A DNA stretch of 64,000 bases from an uncultured delta proteobacterium (GTDB lineage Bacteria > Desulfobacterota > Syntrophobacteria > Syntrophobacterales > Syntrophobacteraceae), in contig CAWEHK010000029.1 of NCBI GenBank assembly GCA_963808625.1, positions 32,001-96,000 of the forward strand, given 5' to 3'. How positions within the stretch are numbered: the first letter of the stretch is position 1; every line of letters begins with the position of its first letter. Shown in pieces: positions 9,125 to 19,561 of the stretch. The notes under the pieces were generated by a model, which was not told the DNA's origin, did no database searches, and saw only the letters and a list, made by a program, of their open reading frames with translations. Position numbers and translations under genes: made by a program.

Positions 9125-10465
9125 ATGGACGTGCTTTGGCTCTCGCGTTTGCAGTTTGCGGCTGCAACGTTTTTTCATTTCCTCTTCGTCCCCCTCACCT
9201 TGGGGCTTTCGGTCCTGATCGCGATCATGGAAACGAGGTATGTCAGGACGGGCGACGAAGAATACAAAAGGATGGCGAAGTTCTGGGGCAAGCTTTTCCT
9301 GATTAATTTCGCCATCGGCGTGGTGACCGGAATCACCCTGGAATTTCAGTTCGGCACCAACTGGTCACAGTATTCTCGATACGTGGGCGACATTTTCGGG
9401 TCGCTGCTGGCCATCGAGGCTTCGGTAGCTTTTTTTCTTGAATCAACTTTTATCGCCGTATGGGCGTTCGGGTGGAACAAGCTCTCTCCCAAGGCCCACG
9501 CGGTGAGCATCTGGCTCGTAGCTGGTGCGTCCAACCTGTCAGCGGTCTGGATTCTTATTGCCAACGCCTGGATGCAGCATCCCGTCGGCTACGTGATCCG
9601 TAACGGTCGTGCGGAACTGACCGACTTCCTGGCGGTGGTCACCCAGTCGGCGGCAGTCCACCAGATTATCCACACGGTCAGTGGCGCGTACATCCTGGCC
9701 GGATTTGTCGTCATGGGAATCAGCGCTTACCATCTGCTGCGCAAGCAGAACACGGTGTTTTTCAATAGATCATTTCGTCTGGCTCTTGCCTTTGCGCTGA
9801 TCTTTTCCGTTGTCTCAGTCGTTCAGGGCCATGCCAACGGGGCCAAGGTCGCCGCCATTCAACCGGCCAAGCTGGCGGCCATGGAGTCGCTGTGGGAGAC
9901 CAAGAAAAGTGCTCCTCAATACCTCTTTGTCATTCCTGATGAAAAGAACGAACGGAACCTCGTGGAAATTGGCGCGATTCCGGGGGCTTTGAGCATGCTG
10001 GCATACCACGACACCGAAGCGACCGTGAAAGGACTGAAGGATTTTCCGCTGGACGAGCGGCCCCCGGTGACGCTCCCTTTTATCTCTTTCCGGATTATGG
10101 TGGGGCTCGGCTTTCTGTTTCTGGCGCTGACTCTATACGGTTGGTTCAAGCGCAATGACCTCGAGAACAATCCGCGTTATCTGAAAGTCATGCTGTTCGC
10201 CATTCCCCTTCCCTATATTGCCAATGAAGCGGGATGGATGCTGGCGGAAGTCGGGCGGCAGCCGTGGGTGGTTTATGGCGTCATGAAGACCAGCGCGGCG
10301 GTCTCCCCGATCAGCGTCCCTCAGGTCATGACGTCGCTGGTGGCTTTTGTCCTGGTCTACTCCCTGCTCGGGGCCGCTGCTTTCTTCCTAATGGCCAGGC
10401 ATGCACGGAAAGGGCCTGAACCTTACCAGTCAGCCACGGAAACGGGAGGTGCCGAAAATGCTTGA
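9125..10465 (+). CDS. cydA: Cytochrome bd oxidase subunit I
   Basis: LSRLQFA...HFLFVPLTLG, EFQFGTNW, QPAKLAAME, EVGRQPW. Confidence 0.95.
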   Translation: MDVLWLSRLQFAAATFFHFLFVPLTLGLSVLIAIMETRYVRTGDEEYKRMAKFWGKLFLINFAIGVVTGITLEFQFGTNWSQYSRYVGDIFGSLLAIEASVAFFLESTFIAVWAFGWNKLSPKAHAVSIWLVAGASNLSAVWILIANAWMQHPVGYVIRNGRAELTDFLAVVTQSAAVHQIIHTVSGAYILAGFVVMGISAYHLLRKQNTVFFNRSFRLALAFALIFSVVSVVQGHANGAKVAAIQPAKLAAMESLWETKKSAPQYLFVIPDEKNERNLVEIGAIPGALSMLAYHDTEATVKGLKDFPLDERPPVTLPFISFRIMVGLGFLFLALTLYGWFKRNDLENNPRYLKVMLFAIPLPYIANEAGWMLAEVGRQPWVVYGVMKTSAAVSPISVPQVMTSLVAFVLVYSLLGAAAFFLMARHARKGPEPYQSATETGGAENA

Positions 10466-11495
10466 ATCGATCTGGTTCATTCTGTGGGGTGTGTTGTGGG
10501 CGGTTTATTTCATGCTGGACGGATTCGACCTGGGCCTGGGCACGCTCATGCCGTTTCTCGCTAAAACGGAGACCGACAAACGGGTCATGCTCCGGGCCAT
10601 GGGGCCATTCTGGGACGGCAACGAGGTCTGGCTCATCGCGGCCGGAGGGGTGACCTTCGCGGCCTTTCCGACCACCTATGCCGTGATGTTCAGCGGCCTC
10701 TATTCGGCGTTGATGCTGATCCTCTTTGCCCTGATCCTGCGCGGCGTGGCAATTGAGTTCCGGAACGATGTGGACCATCCCACCTGGAAAAAGGTCTGGG
10801 AGATCTGCCTGTTCGTGGGCAGCTTTCTCCCGGCGCTGCTGCTCGGGGTGGCTTTCGCCAATATCTTCCAGGGGATTCCCATTGACGCCGATGGGATTTT
10901 CCAGGGGACTCTGTTTTCCCTGCTGAATCCCTATGGTCTTTTTGGCGGCGTGCTGTTTGTGGCCTTGTTTTTGTTGCACGGATGCCTGTGGTTGGTGGTC
11001 AAAACCGAAGGTCCGGTGAAGGAAAGGGCGGCGGCGCTTGTCAACAAGCTGTGGGCGGTGCTGGCCGTCATCGCCGTAGGATTTTTGATCGCCACCTGGT
11101 ATGCCACGCGTCTCTATGACAACTACATCCAGAATCCCTTAATGTATGTCGTGCCGATCATTTTGATCCCGCTGATCGTGGTCGGAGCGCTCATCATGGT
11201 GCGGGTCTATGCGAACAAAGGGCATTGGTGGTCCGCCTGGTTTGCCTCGAGCGCTCTCATCGTTGGGGTTACCCTTTTTGGCGTGGCCGGGCTCTTCCCG
11301 AACCTCCTGCCCTCGAGCCTCAATCCCGCTTTCAGTTTGACAATTTACAACTCAGCGTCGAGCCAGCTCACTTTGAAGATCATGCTGGGCGTCGCCTTGA
11401 CTTTTGTCCCGGTGGTGATTGTCTACCAGGCGTGGGTCTACAACCTGTTCAAGGACCCCGTGACCGAGGCGGAAGCCGAGGAAGCCTATCATTAG
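10458..11495 (+). CDS. cydB: Cytochrome bd oxidase subunit II
   Basis: LDGFDLG, GPFWDGNEVWL, FAAFP; overlaps the cydA stop. Confidence 0.95.
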   Translation: MLESIWFILWGVLWAVYFMLDGFDLGLGTLMPFLAKTETDKRVMLRAMGPFWDGNEVWLIAAGGVTFAAFPTTYAVMFSGLYSALMLILFALILRGVAIEFRNDVDHPTWKKVWEICLFVGSFLPALLLGVAFANIFQGIPIDADGIFQGTLFSLLNPYGLFGGVLFVALFLLHGCLWLVVKTEGPVKERAAALVNKLWAVLAVIAVGFLIATWYATRLYDNYIQNPLMYVVPIILIPLIVVGALIMVRVYANKGHWWSAWFASSALIVGVTLFGVAGLFPNLLPSSLNPAFSLTIYNSASSQLTLKIMLGVALTFVPVVIVYQAWVYNLFKDPVTEAEAEEAYH

Positions 11496-11500
11496 GCGTT

Positions 11501-11580
11501 CCCCCCCCAGGCTAATTGGCGAAGCAAATGGTCCAAGAAGCCAAGCCACTTTCTGGATCATCCGGGTCCGCCTGGGGGGC
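11501..11580 (+). terminator. GC-rich stem after cydB, possible terminator
   Basis: ccccccaggc ... gcctgggggg inverted pair followed by an A-run; lies between convergent genes. Confidence 0.4.
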
Positions 11581-11604
11581 GTAAAAAAACAAGAGATCTT
11601 CTTC

Positions 11605-12143
11605 TACCACGAAGAACACGAAGAACACGAAGGACACGAAGAACACCAAGTGGTGTCTCCGTGTTCTTCGTGGTTCATAAAAGGCTGAAATGAGTGCAAG
11701 TCATTTCTCGGGCAGTTCCTAATATTACAACGGGGTTTCCGCAGGCAGCCTTGATCTGTGGGGCAGGCTTTCCAGCCTCTCTTGTGGCCAGTTGGGCATG
11801 GCAGGCTGGAAGGCCTGCCCCACACAGTTTGAGCCTTCCTCAAAGTACCGTTGCAGTAATAAGCTAAGGTTTGCAAGAAGTGTGGCTGTTCCTGAGATTG
11901 CTTCCAGCCTGCCGAGAGATGCCCTGAAAGGGCTTGATAAAATAGCCCAGGGTCAGCACTTTGTGCGCCACCCTGGGCTGGGGTCCGAGCACCCTTTGCC
12001 TTACCCTGAAAGGGTTAGATAAATTGTTGTCGGCATGTTTTATGTAACCCCTTCAGGGTATATGCTGGTGTTGCCCTTGGTTCTCGGCTTTCCAGAGTGG
12101 CGCGATGCTGACCCCGGGCTGATTTATGGAGCCCTTTCAGGGC
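11605..12143. repeat. Cluster of three different palindromic repeat elements
   Basis: About four cacgaagaa units with an inverted partial copy (11607-11676); tgtggggcaggctttccagcct/aggctggaaggcctgccccaca (~11757-11825); nested gccctgaaagggc...gccctttcagggc (11921-12143). Confidence 0.8.
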
Positions 12144-12154
12144 AGAGATGAACA

Positions 12155-13069
12155 TTAACTGTTCCCGTCAATGGTTTCGAACAATCGCAGGATGCGCTGG
12201 TAGGGCTTAAGTTCGTCAAGCCATGTGCCCGGAATGGCGTCGAGGCCGAGATGAGCCCCCAGAACCATCCCCACCACCATACCGCGGGCAGCTGAGTCGC
12301 CTCCGGCCATGACATTCTCGATGAGAGCCTCCTCTAAATCGCTCTCATATTTGCCGATGAGATGCACCACAGCGGGAAAAGCCCCCCGCGTGTCGCAGCT
12401 TTGACCAAAGTTGGCGACAGCCTCGTGCGAGCCGACTTCGAGGCTCTGCAAACAGTTCGCAACCCAGTCTGCAAACGGGGTCCCGCCAAAGGATTCCTGC
12501 GCTGTCTCGGTCATTGCTGCGGTCGGGGTCTTGCCCTGCAATACCTTAAACGTTACCCTGGCAAAGAAGTCCGCACCGGCAATCACCATCGGGTTATTGT
12601 GGGTCATTGCCGTCTGCGCGCGCGCATGGATCACCAGTTCTTCCGGATGGTTGCGATACCGATAGACGAGGGGGGCGATTCGAGCCGCTCCCGCCAGGTC
12701 CGTCGAGGCTGAGCCCGATCCGGTTGGCGGCTTTCCGTCCGAGAAATTCCTGAGCGTCCCTTTTGTGGCCTTGTCAATATAGCCGTTGTAGTGTTCAAAA
12801 AGCGCTTTCCACCTCCGGGCAAAATCCTCGAGATCGAACCCGGAACATGAGGCGATGGACTCCAACAGGACCAGGGCCTGATCCCCATAGTGAGTGAATT
12901 CGCCGCGGTCTTTGGTGGGGTGATACGAAGCCGGTTCAGGCTTCAGCAGGTGTTCCACCCGCCCGAAGCGGCGCCCGATTTCCGTGGTGTCATACATCCA
13001 GTGCGCCCCCAGCGCGAGCGAATCCCCCACAAAGGAAGCAATTACCATGGCTCTTGCCTTGTCTTCCAT
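12155..13069 (-). CDS. ADP-ribosylglycohydrolase family protein
   Basis: VGDSLALGAHW, THYGDQ, AMTHN and NVMAGGDSAARG motifs. Confidence 0.88.
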   Translation of the reverse strand: MEDKARAMVIASFVGDSLALGAHWMYDTTEIGRRFGRVEHLLKPEPASYHPTKDRGEFTHYGDQALVLLESIASCSGFDLEDFARRWKALFEHYNGYIDKATKGTLRNFSDGKPPTGSGSASTDLAGAARIAPLVYRYRNHPEELVIHARAQTAMTHNNPMVIAGADFFARVTFKVLQGKTPTAAMTETAQESFGGTPFADWVANCLQSLEVGSHEAVANFGQSCDTRGAFPAVVHLIGKYESDLEEALIENVMAGGDSAARGMVVGMVLGAHLGLDAIPGTWLDELKPYQRILRLFETIDGNS

Positions 13070-13095
13070 TTCTTGGCCCTCCGGTTTCTTAAAAG

Positions 13096-13210
13096 CAGTG
13101 ATCAGTGGTCAGTGGTCAGTGAAAAGTAGAAAGCAAACAGTGAAGAGTGAACAGTAAAAAGTGATTAGTGGATCGTGAAAAGTGAATGGTGAACGGTGAA
13201 AAGTGAACAG
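13096..13210 (+). repeat. Degenerate heptamer tandem repeat (agtga core)
   Basis: cagtgat cagtggt cagtggt cagtgaa aagtaga ... cagtgaa gagtgaa cagtaaa aagtgat ... aagtgaa tggtgaa cggtgaa aagtgaa. Confidence 0.75.
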
Positions 13211-13233
13211 CAGAGAGAGCACGCTAGCCGGGT

Positions 13234-13370
13234 TTAGGAACTATCTCAAAATGGTCAAAATGCCGTTGATCGTCATTCCGGTAAAAGCCGGAATCCAGAT
13301 TTTCCTAAGGATTCTGGACCCCGGCTTCCGCCGGGGTGACGGGGTAAGCCAGTTTTAAGATAGTCTCTTA
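13234..13370. repeat. MITE-like element enclosing a REP-like double hairpin
   Basis: Imperfect terminal inverted repeats actatctcaaaa / ttttaagatagt around gtcattccggtaaaagccggaatccag...ctggaccccggcttccgccggggtgac. Confidence 0.6.
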
Positions 13371-13666
13371 ATTGGCGGTGGAGCGACCACTCTGCACCCT
13401 CGTATAATCCACGTTATTTGCCGTGTAATGAACGGCGGCTAAAAACTGTGGTGAACCATTCCAAAACAAGATAAAAAATAATTGCGGTACGTAAATCCGG
13501 GAAATGCCCTTTTGCGGTTTCGCATCGGCCCCTGGATCGGGGAATCCGGCTCTTAAAATAGGGCCCGCACCCTGTGAGAAACGAGCGAGGGTTGCGGAGC
13601 CTTGCCCCGGAACATGGCAACTTGCACTCACTCACCATTATCTTCGATATCCGCGCAGGAGGCAAA

Positions 13667-14322
13667 ATGAGAAAGTTGTCCGCATCCATTCTTTCAGCCA
13701 AATTCGGAAAACTTGCCGAAGAAGTCAGGGCTGTCGAAGCGGGAGGTGCCGACTGGATTCACGTCGATGTCATGGACGGCCATTTCGTCCCTAACATAAC
13801 CATTGGTCCGGACGTGGTGCGGGCCATTAAAGAAGCCACAGCCCTTCCCCTTGATGTTCACCTGATGATCGAAAAGCCCGAGCGCTGCCTCGAAGCCTTT
13901 GTCAAGGCCGGAGCCGACTGGCTGGGAGTGCACGTGGAAGTCTGCCCGCATCTCCATCGTATCGTGCAGCATATCAAGGAACTTGGGGCGCGGGCGACCG
14001 TGGTGGTCTGAATCCGGCAACGCCGCTGGTGAGCCTCGATCCCATCCTGAGCGACGTCGACATGGTTCTCCTCATGACCGTGAATCCGGGTTTCGGGGGG
14101 CAGAAATTCATTCGCACCATGCTGCCCAAGGTGCGCCAATGCCGTCAGATGATCGATGCCCGCCAGGCGGAAGTGCTGCTCGAGGTGGATGGGGGCGTTA
14201 ATCTCGAGACGATTGACGATTTGGTGGCGGCCGGCGTAGATATTTTTGTGGCAGGTTCCGCAGTCTTTCAAGGGCAAGATTATGCTGCCAATATCAGTGG
14301 TCTGAAAGCGCGAATGGGGTGA
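13667..14322 (+). CDS. rpe: Ribulose-phosphate 3-epimerase (frameshift near 14009)
   Basis: IHVDVMDGHFVPN, LDVHLMI, MTVNPGFGGQ and EVDGGV motifs split over two frames. Confidence 0.92.
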
Positions 14323-14351
14323 GGCGTCTCTCTTGCCAATTGTGGTTCCAA

Positions 14352-14786
14352 TCATTCTGCAGGGCTGGTAGGATCTTTTCGCGTGCGTCTCAGAAGGAAA
14401 TAACCGACTGCCAGCCCGACAATGATCGCGGCAATCCCGAGAAGAGTCTGGAAGCCCATTGTATCGATTTCCACGATAATGATCTTGCGGGCGACGGCAA
14501 TCATGGCAATGAGCAGGATGATTTCCACTTCGGCGTGGATTGCGTGGTTGGTGAGGTAGCTCTGCATTGATTCGACCAGTTCGAGGCCGATGAGGACCAA
14601 CAGAAAGAGCCCGAAGATGCCCTTCAGCTTGGTGGCGTCAAGGAGCATGGTGGGAGGGGTAAGGAGATCGGTGATCAGCACCCAGGCGAGGTCCAGGGTG
14701 GAAAAGATAACAGTCAGCGTCAGCAGGACGATAATGGTCTTGACGATGACCTCTTTCACCTTTTCGAACAGCAGCAGTAAATTCAT
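14352..14786 (-). CDS. Phosphate-starvation-inducible PsiE family membrane protein
   Basis: FGLFLLVLIGLELVE...LIAMIAVARKIII; four hydrophobic segments. Confidence 0.8.
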   Translation of the reverse strand: MNLLLLFEKVKEVIVKTIIVLLTLTVIFSTLDLAWVLITDLLTPPTMLLDATKLKGIFGLFLLVLIGLELVESMQSYLTNHAIHAEVEIILLIAMIAVARKIIIVEIDTMGFQTLLGIAAIIVGLAVGYFLLRRTRKDPTSPAE

Positions 14787-14805
14787 TTTTGCGCCGTAAG
14801 TCCTG

Positions 14806-15408
14806 TCAGCCTGTCTTGACAAGCGTGGCAAGAATGCCGATAGCTTTGCATTCGAAGGCCTCAGTGATCGAGAGGTGGACGGTATTCAGGGTCCCTTTGA
14901 GGTCGCTGCTGGTGAAGCGGTTTTCTTCCGGATGAAGGAGGATATGGCGGGTAATGAAGTTTTGGTAAAGCCCAGGGTAGAGCTCTTCCATGTAATAGCT
15001 GCCACCGGTCTTCAGGACCCGCGCGAGTTCGGCCAGCCCGCGTTGCCAATCCGGCACATGATGCAAAACGCCAAAACCAAAAACGGCATCGAACACGCCG
15101 TCACCATAAGGGAGCTGCGCGACATCAGCGGTCTGCATGAAGATGCGCTCTTTCTGCGAAGAAGAGAGGTATTTCTCAGCCCGCTTGATCATTCTGAAGT
15201 CCAGGTCCATGGCAACAATCGCAGTCGGCTGGAATTCTTTCAGGATCAGGCCGGCGCCCGCCCCGCGACCGCATCCCACTTCCAGGATGAGAGCGCCGGG
15301 TTTCAAAGGCATGCGCCGCTGCAGCCAGCGGATCTCGGCCCGCTGCTCAAAGACCCGGCCGGGATTGTTCACGACCAACCGTTCCGCCCAGTTCAGCTTC
15401 ATCGTCAA
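14806..15408 (-). CDS. Class I SAM-dependent methyltransferase
   Basis: ILEVGCGRG, FDAV...LHHVPDW, RVLKTGG. Confidence 0.88.
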   Translation of the reverse strand: MTMKLNWAERLVVNNPGRVFEQRAEIRWLQRRMPLKPGALILEVGCGRGAGAGLILKEFQPTAIVAMDLDFRMIKRAEKYLSSSQKERIFMQTADVAQLPYGDGVFDAVFGFGVLHHVPDWQRGLAELARVLKTGGSYYMEELYPGLYQNFITRHILLHPEENRFTSSDLKGTLNTVHLSITEAFECKAIGILATLVKTG

Positions 15409-15415
15409 GCACTCA

Positions 15416-16211
15416 TTACTTTATTCCCAGGTGGGCAACGGCAATTCCGTTCGTAAACCGTCTGTAAGTCACCTGGGAGAAACCGATGTTTTCAAGAAGA
15501 GCCCTGAGCTCGTCCGGTCCGGGGAAGAGGCGGATCGATTCGGGAAGATAGGTGTAGGCGCGCCGCGAGCCCACCAGGACCTTGCCGATTGCCGGCATCA
15601 GGTAAAACGAATAAAAATCATAAAGGGCACGGAACCAGGGCGTGACCGGTTGTGAAAACTCGAGGCACATCAGCTTTCCCCCCGGTTTCAGCACGCGGTG
15701 CATTTCTTGGAAGCCCTTTTCCATGTGGGTCAGGTTTCTGATGCCGAACCCTACCATGGCGGCATCATAGGTGCTCCTCGGCCAGGGGTAAATGCTCGGC
15801 GTCGCCCTGGACGTAGGTTATGCGGTGAGCATAGGGGGATGCCTCGACTTTTGGCCGTCCGATCGCCATCATTTTCCAGTTGATGTCGCACAGGGTGACG
15901 AGTCCCGATGGGCCGACGGCGCGGGCTGCAAACAAGGAAAGGTCGGCAGTGCCGCCGCAGATATCGAGGACGCGGTCCCCCTCGTGCAGCGCCATCATCG
16001 CCACGGCGATTTTCTTCCAAAGATAGTGAATGCCAAAGCTTAAGAGCGTATTCATGAAGTCGTACTTTTCCGCTACGGTGTTGAAATGGCGGCGGACCCA
16101 GTCAACTTTCTCGCTTTCCGGGACGCGAAGGTAGCCAAAAGGGGCCGTGGCGGGTGCCGAGGTGGGGTTCACCGGAAGGGTTTCCGACTTCATCAGGGGA
16201 TCGGGCTGCAT
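15416..16211 (-). CDS. ubiE: Menaquinone/ubiquinone C-methyltransferase (frameshift near 15770)
   Basis: FNTVAEKYDFMNTLLSFGIHYLWK, VLDICGGTADL, GFGIRN, RVLKPGG...LEFS, YTYLPESI. Confidence 0.88.
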
Positions 16212-16379
16212 CGTTTTATGAAGGGCCTGTCTGGCGTTTGCCTAGGTCTTGAGCTATGGCGGAATGCAGAAATCGAAGTTAGAGGTCGGAAGAAAGAGCA
16301 CCACACTCAAGGATTTTCTTTCCGACCTCCAACCGCTGCTCCCGCCAAGCGCGGCTGAGATCTGCAGCAAAGCGAACGA

Positions 16380-16574
16380 CTAAGCCGGTTTAACGACCAA
16401 ACCGGTGCGAATGCAACGGGTGCAGACGCGAAGCCGGCGCACTTGACCGTCTCTGCCAACATGACGAACAGGCTGCAGATTGGGATACCACAAGCGTTTC
16501 GTCTTGTTATTGGCGTGACTCACATTATTGCCAACGTGGGGTGTCTTCCCGCAGAATTCACATTTCCGACTCAT
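16380..16574 (-). CDS. rpmB: 50S ribosomal protein L28
   Basis: [10 protein letters not shown]...[20 protein letters not shown]...RVCTRCIR. Confidence 0.95.
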   Translation of the reverse strand: MSRKCEFCGKTPHVGNNVSHANNKTKRLWYPNLQPVRHVGRDGQVRRLRVCTRCIRTGLVVKPA

Positions 16575-16849
16575 GAAAAAGCTTCCTTTCCAATCGAATC
16601 TGTCGCGCCATATCAGCGCCATTTCACCGCAGAACAAGCAGAAAGCATAGCACCGACGTTGGTCGCAACCAGGTTATTGACAAAATCTCAAGAACTTGCA
16701 CGATAGGAGAGCAGCGGAAAGCGCCCCGGCTTCTCTAATCGGTTTCGGATTTGAATCAGCGTCTCAGCCATCTTGGTCCGATCAAGCACACTCTGCACTG
16801 CTGACCTGCAGTTTCTTGAAAGTTTTTCGAGATGTTTGTGTAACTTATT

Positions 16850-16925
16850 GTTTTCTCGGTGCTCTCTGCGTCTCCGCGGTGAATGTTTGGTTGCATCCTT
16901 TGGCCGCGCTGCGTTCTCCGCGAGG
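16850..16925. repeat. Short dispersed repeat (ctctgcgtctccgcggtgaa family)
   Basis: Related sequences in the opposite orientation occur at ~36100-36160 (cgcagagacgcagag) and ~45135-45170 (ttcaccacagcagagaccgcagag). Confidence 0.55.
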
Positions 16926-17803
16926 TCCACGGTGAACAATCGCTTGACAATTAAGTTCCCAACCAAGGGAGCACTTCTATCATAGCGATTTCAGGAGGGC
17001 AAGTCCTTTTGACGCGTTAGAATTCTAAACCCGCTGCTTGTGAGACTGGAGCCAACACCGGAAGCAAATTTTCTGAGGAACCCGATGCAGGAAAACTGGA
17101 TGGCGGGACCTGTGCAGGCGGGGGCATTTTCGGTTGTCATCATAAGGCGCCGCACCATCGTACCGGTAGTCCGGTCTTGGCAGCGGTCTGCGAAGGCAGC
17201 GACGGCACAGTAAGGGAGCGTTGTTGTGACATGGGTAGCTGTTGTCACAAAAGGCGCAAAGATAAAGGCTGCCGGTTAATATTTACTACCCCCTATGAGC
17301 CAGATGTCTTTATGCATAACATCTTGTATATGTAGCAATTTATACTTAATTAGGTAGCTCATCTACCCCTTATCTACTTCCATAATTCATCCTTTACATC
17401 GACACCTTCGCTGGATAGCCTTAAAACATTGGGGTTGCATGCCTGAGAGCCCATTAATCAAAGGTTCAAGGGAAAGAACGTATCCTGTATTCATCTTTAT
17501 TGTTGACGACCTGTAACCGAGTTGGCGGAGCTTCATCTTTCATCAGACAGAGGACGAGGTTAAAGTTCCCAGACTGCCCTTCCAAGACAAGCAATCCAGG
17601 CCCTCAACTCGCAACGGATCACTCTTCTGGAGGGAGTTGAAATGAAAAGAGCTGGCCCCTTATGATAGTGTACCTTATGGACCTGACCTGGACATCTTGC
17701 ACCGCGAAGGTTTTAGGCACAGAATTACTGATTTCGGCATGCTCAAAAACGCAAAGGCACAAATGCGGCGCCAGGAAGTATAGATGCCGATAAACTTCGC
17801 CTT

Positions 17804-19168
17804 TTGCTCGACTTGAAATTTGAAGAAATAATGCCTGGTGCACACGGTCTTATTAGATTGTACGAATGGTTCCGTGGAGGCCCCCTTGCTCTAAAATGCA
17901 GCAAGCTCCTGTCAGATTTCTTCCGCGTTATATTGGGGACAGGGGTAGTAAGAAGCCTATCCCTGTTGAATTCCCTAATTATAGCGAGGAGTCTTGGTCC
18001 CAGCGAGTTTGGCAAGTTCTCGATCTACTACATGTTCTTGCTCATCGCCTTACAAATACCGAACGCATTCGATGACACTTACGTTCGTCTGGCGAAAGAA
18101 TTGTCGTCGCGTAAAGAAAAGCATGAGTATCTGAAGTCCTCCGTCATCTGCAAGTTAACATTTGTGCTGCTGGGATTGATACTTCTATATCACTTCTCCG
18201 GCCCGGCTGCCGAGATTTTAGTCGGTAACCGAGAGTTTGAGGATCTACTTGCACAGGGAGTTTTGGCCGGAATCTGTCAGTCCTTTGCAAATACCGTCGC
18301 CAGTGTCTTCCAGGAACAGGAGAGATTCACCAGGTTCACGACTGTCAATACTGTTTTTCCCTTGGCAATATTTGTCTGCCTGATCGCGATCCTGGTCGGC
18401 GAATACGACGTCACTTTGCCGAGAGTTACACGGCTCTACACGTGCATTTCCGTAGCCATTGGCCTCACCAGTGTCACGGTTATTGCTGTCAAAGCTGGAA
18501 ATCTCCTAAAGATTCGCGCGGTGCCGCTCAAGAGGACAATCGGGATGGCAAAGTGGGTGTTGTTGACCGGTGTTGTTTTCTATCTATTTAGCAGGATCGA
18601 CTTAGCTATTATGGCCCGGTATATCGACTATAAGGAACTTGGAATCTATTCCGCATCGTGCCAGTTAGTAATGATAGTCTCTCTGATGGCTACGTCCGTG
18701 AGTGTCATTTTCCTCCCAAAGTCCGTAAACGCCGCTAGCTCCATGGAATGTCTACAAGCCTACAAGAGGGTCTCCTACATCCCCTCACTAATTGTCTGTT
18801 TGCCCATATGTTTCCTGCTGTTGCTGGCTGATCAGGCCATTCATCTAATCTATGGTGCTGACTATGCCGGTGGGGCGGGAGTATTGAGAGTCCTTCTCGT
18901 AGGTTGGTCGGTTTACGTATTCTATATACCTCTATCTCTAGTTTTCTATGCTATAGACGAATCGAGGACCCGTTTCTTAGTGGAGAGCGGAAAGCTCATT
19001 ACGGCGATCGGCCTACTCCTCCTGCTTATTCCCGCTTATGGAATGATTGGAGGAGCTATATCCATGTCGGTTGCTCTCCTTCTGAACGGGGTTGTCGGAA
19101 CGCTCGTGCTCCATTACCGATTCAAGAAGAGACTTAACAATCTGGCGCAGGAAAGGATCGCTGTATGA
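17804..19168 (+). CDS. Wzx-type polysaccharide flippase
   Basis: IIARSLGPSEFGKF, RIDLAIM...LGIYS, LIPAYGMIGGA; about 12 hydrophobic segments. Start uncertain. Confidence 0.88.
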   Translation: MLDLKFEEIMPGAHGLIRLYEWFRGGPLALKCSKLLSDFFRVILGTGVVRSLSLLNSLIIARSLGPSEFGKFSIYYMFLLIALQIPNAFDDTYVRLAKELSSRKEKHEYLKSSVICKLTFVLLGLILLYHFSGPAAEILVGNREFEDLLAQGVLAGICQSFANTVASVFQEQERFTRFTTVNTVFPLAIFVCLIAILVGEYDVTLPRVTRLYTCISVAIGLTSVTVIAVKAGNLLKIRAVPLKRTIGMAKWVLLTGVVFYLFSRIDLAIMARYIDYKELGIYSASCQLVMIVSLMATSVSVIFLPKSVNAASSMECLQAYKRVSYIPSLIVCLPICFLLLLADQAIHLIYGADYAGGAGVLRVLLVGWSVYVFYIPLSLVFYAIDESRTRFLVESGKLITAIGLLLLLIPAYGMIGGAISMSVALLLNGVVGTLVLHYRFKKRLNNLAQERIAV

Positions 19169-19489
19169 ACGACAAGGTCAGAAGTGAATGGATAAGCAAG
19201 CCCCGGTCGAGCTAAAGTGAAAGATGCCATCAAGTCGAATCAGAACATGGTTGCAAGTTGGGTCCTTTATTTCTGCGGAATTTACTGGCTGTATGCCAAA
19301 CTGACCAAAAACAGACGAAACATACTTTGCCACGAGGTTTTTGGAAAAAGACGGTAGAGCGCAGAAGAGCTCTCCGTAGATGTCGATAACGTCGAGGCCC
19401 TCATTGCCTGGCTTAAGGACCGCTACAATATTGTTTCCGTGGATGCTCTCGCCGCCCATATCGAGGGGAAAACGAAACTGGTGTCATAG
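19165..19489 (+). pseudogene. Degraded 5' fragment of a polysaccharide deacetylase
   Basis: Translates to ...GIYWLYAKLTKNRRNILCHEV...EELSVDVDNVEALIAWLKDRYNIVSVDALAAHIEGK with an internal stop; aligns by eye to the N-terminus of 28706-29761. Confidence 0.65.
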
Positions 19490-19561
19490 GAGGGTTTGTG
19501 GAAGACTACATTCCATAAGTCCCACTGCCAATGAGGAATCCTCATCTTGAGTTGAAGGATA

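Noticed and set aside
11607..11676. Short direct repeats as a CRISPR array
   Set aside because: The 9-bp units are contiguous with no unique spacers, and there are no cas genes.
12155..13069. DraG/DraT nitrogenase switch or toxin-antitoxin pair
   Set aside because: No ADP-ribosyltransferase or nif genes are adjacent.
13096..13210. Heptamer array as CRISPR or iterons
   Set aside because: Degenerate contiguous 7-mers with no spacers and no rep gene.
13380..13660. Possible structured RNA upstream of rpe
   Set aside because: No recognisable RNA family motif; a covariance search would be needed.
16640..17800. Short ORFs or ncRNA in the long gap before wzx
   Set aside because: ORFs lack recognisable motifs or RBS, and no RNA family was recognised.
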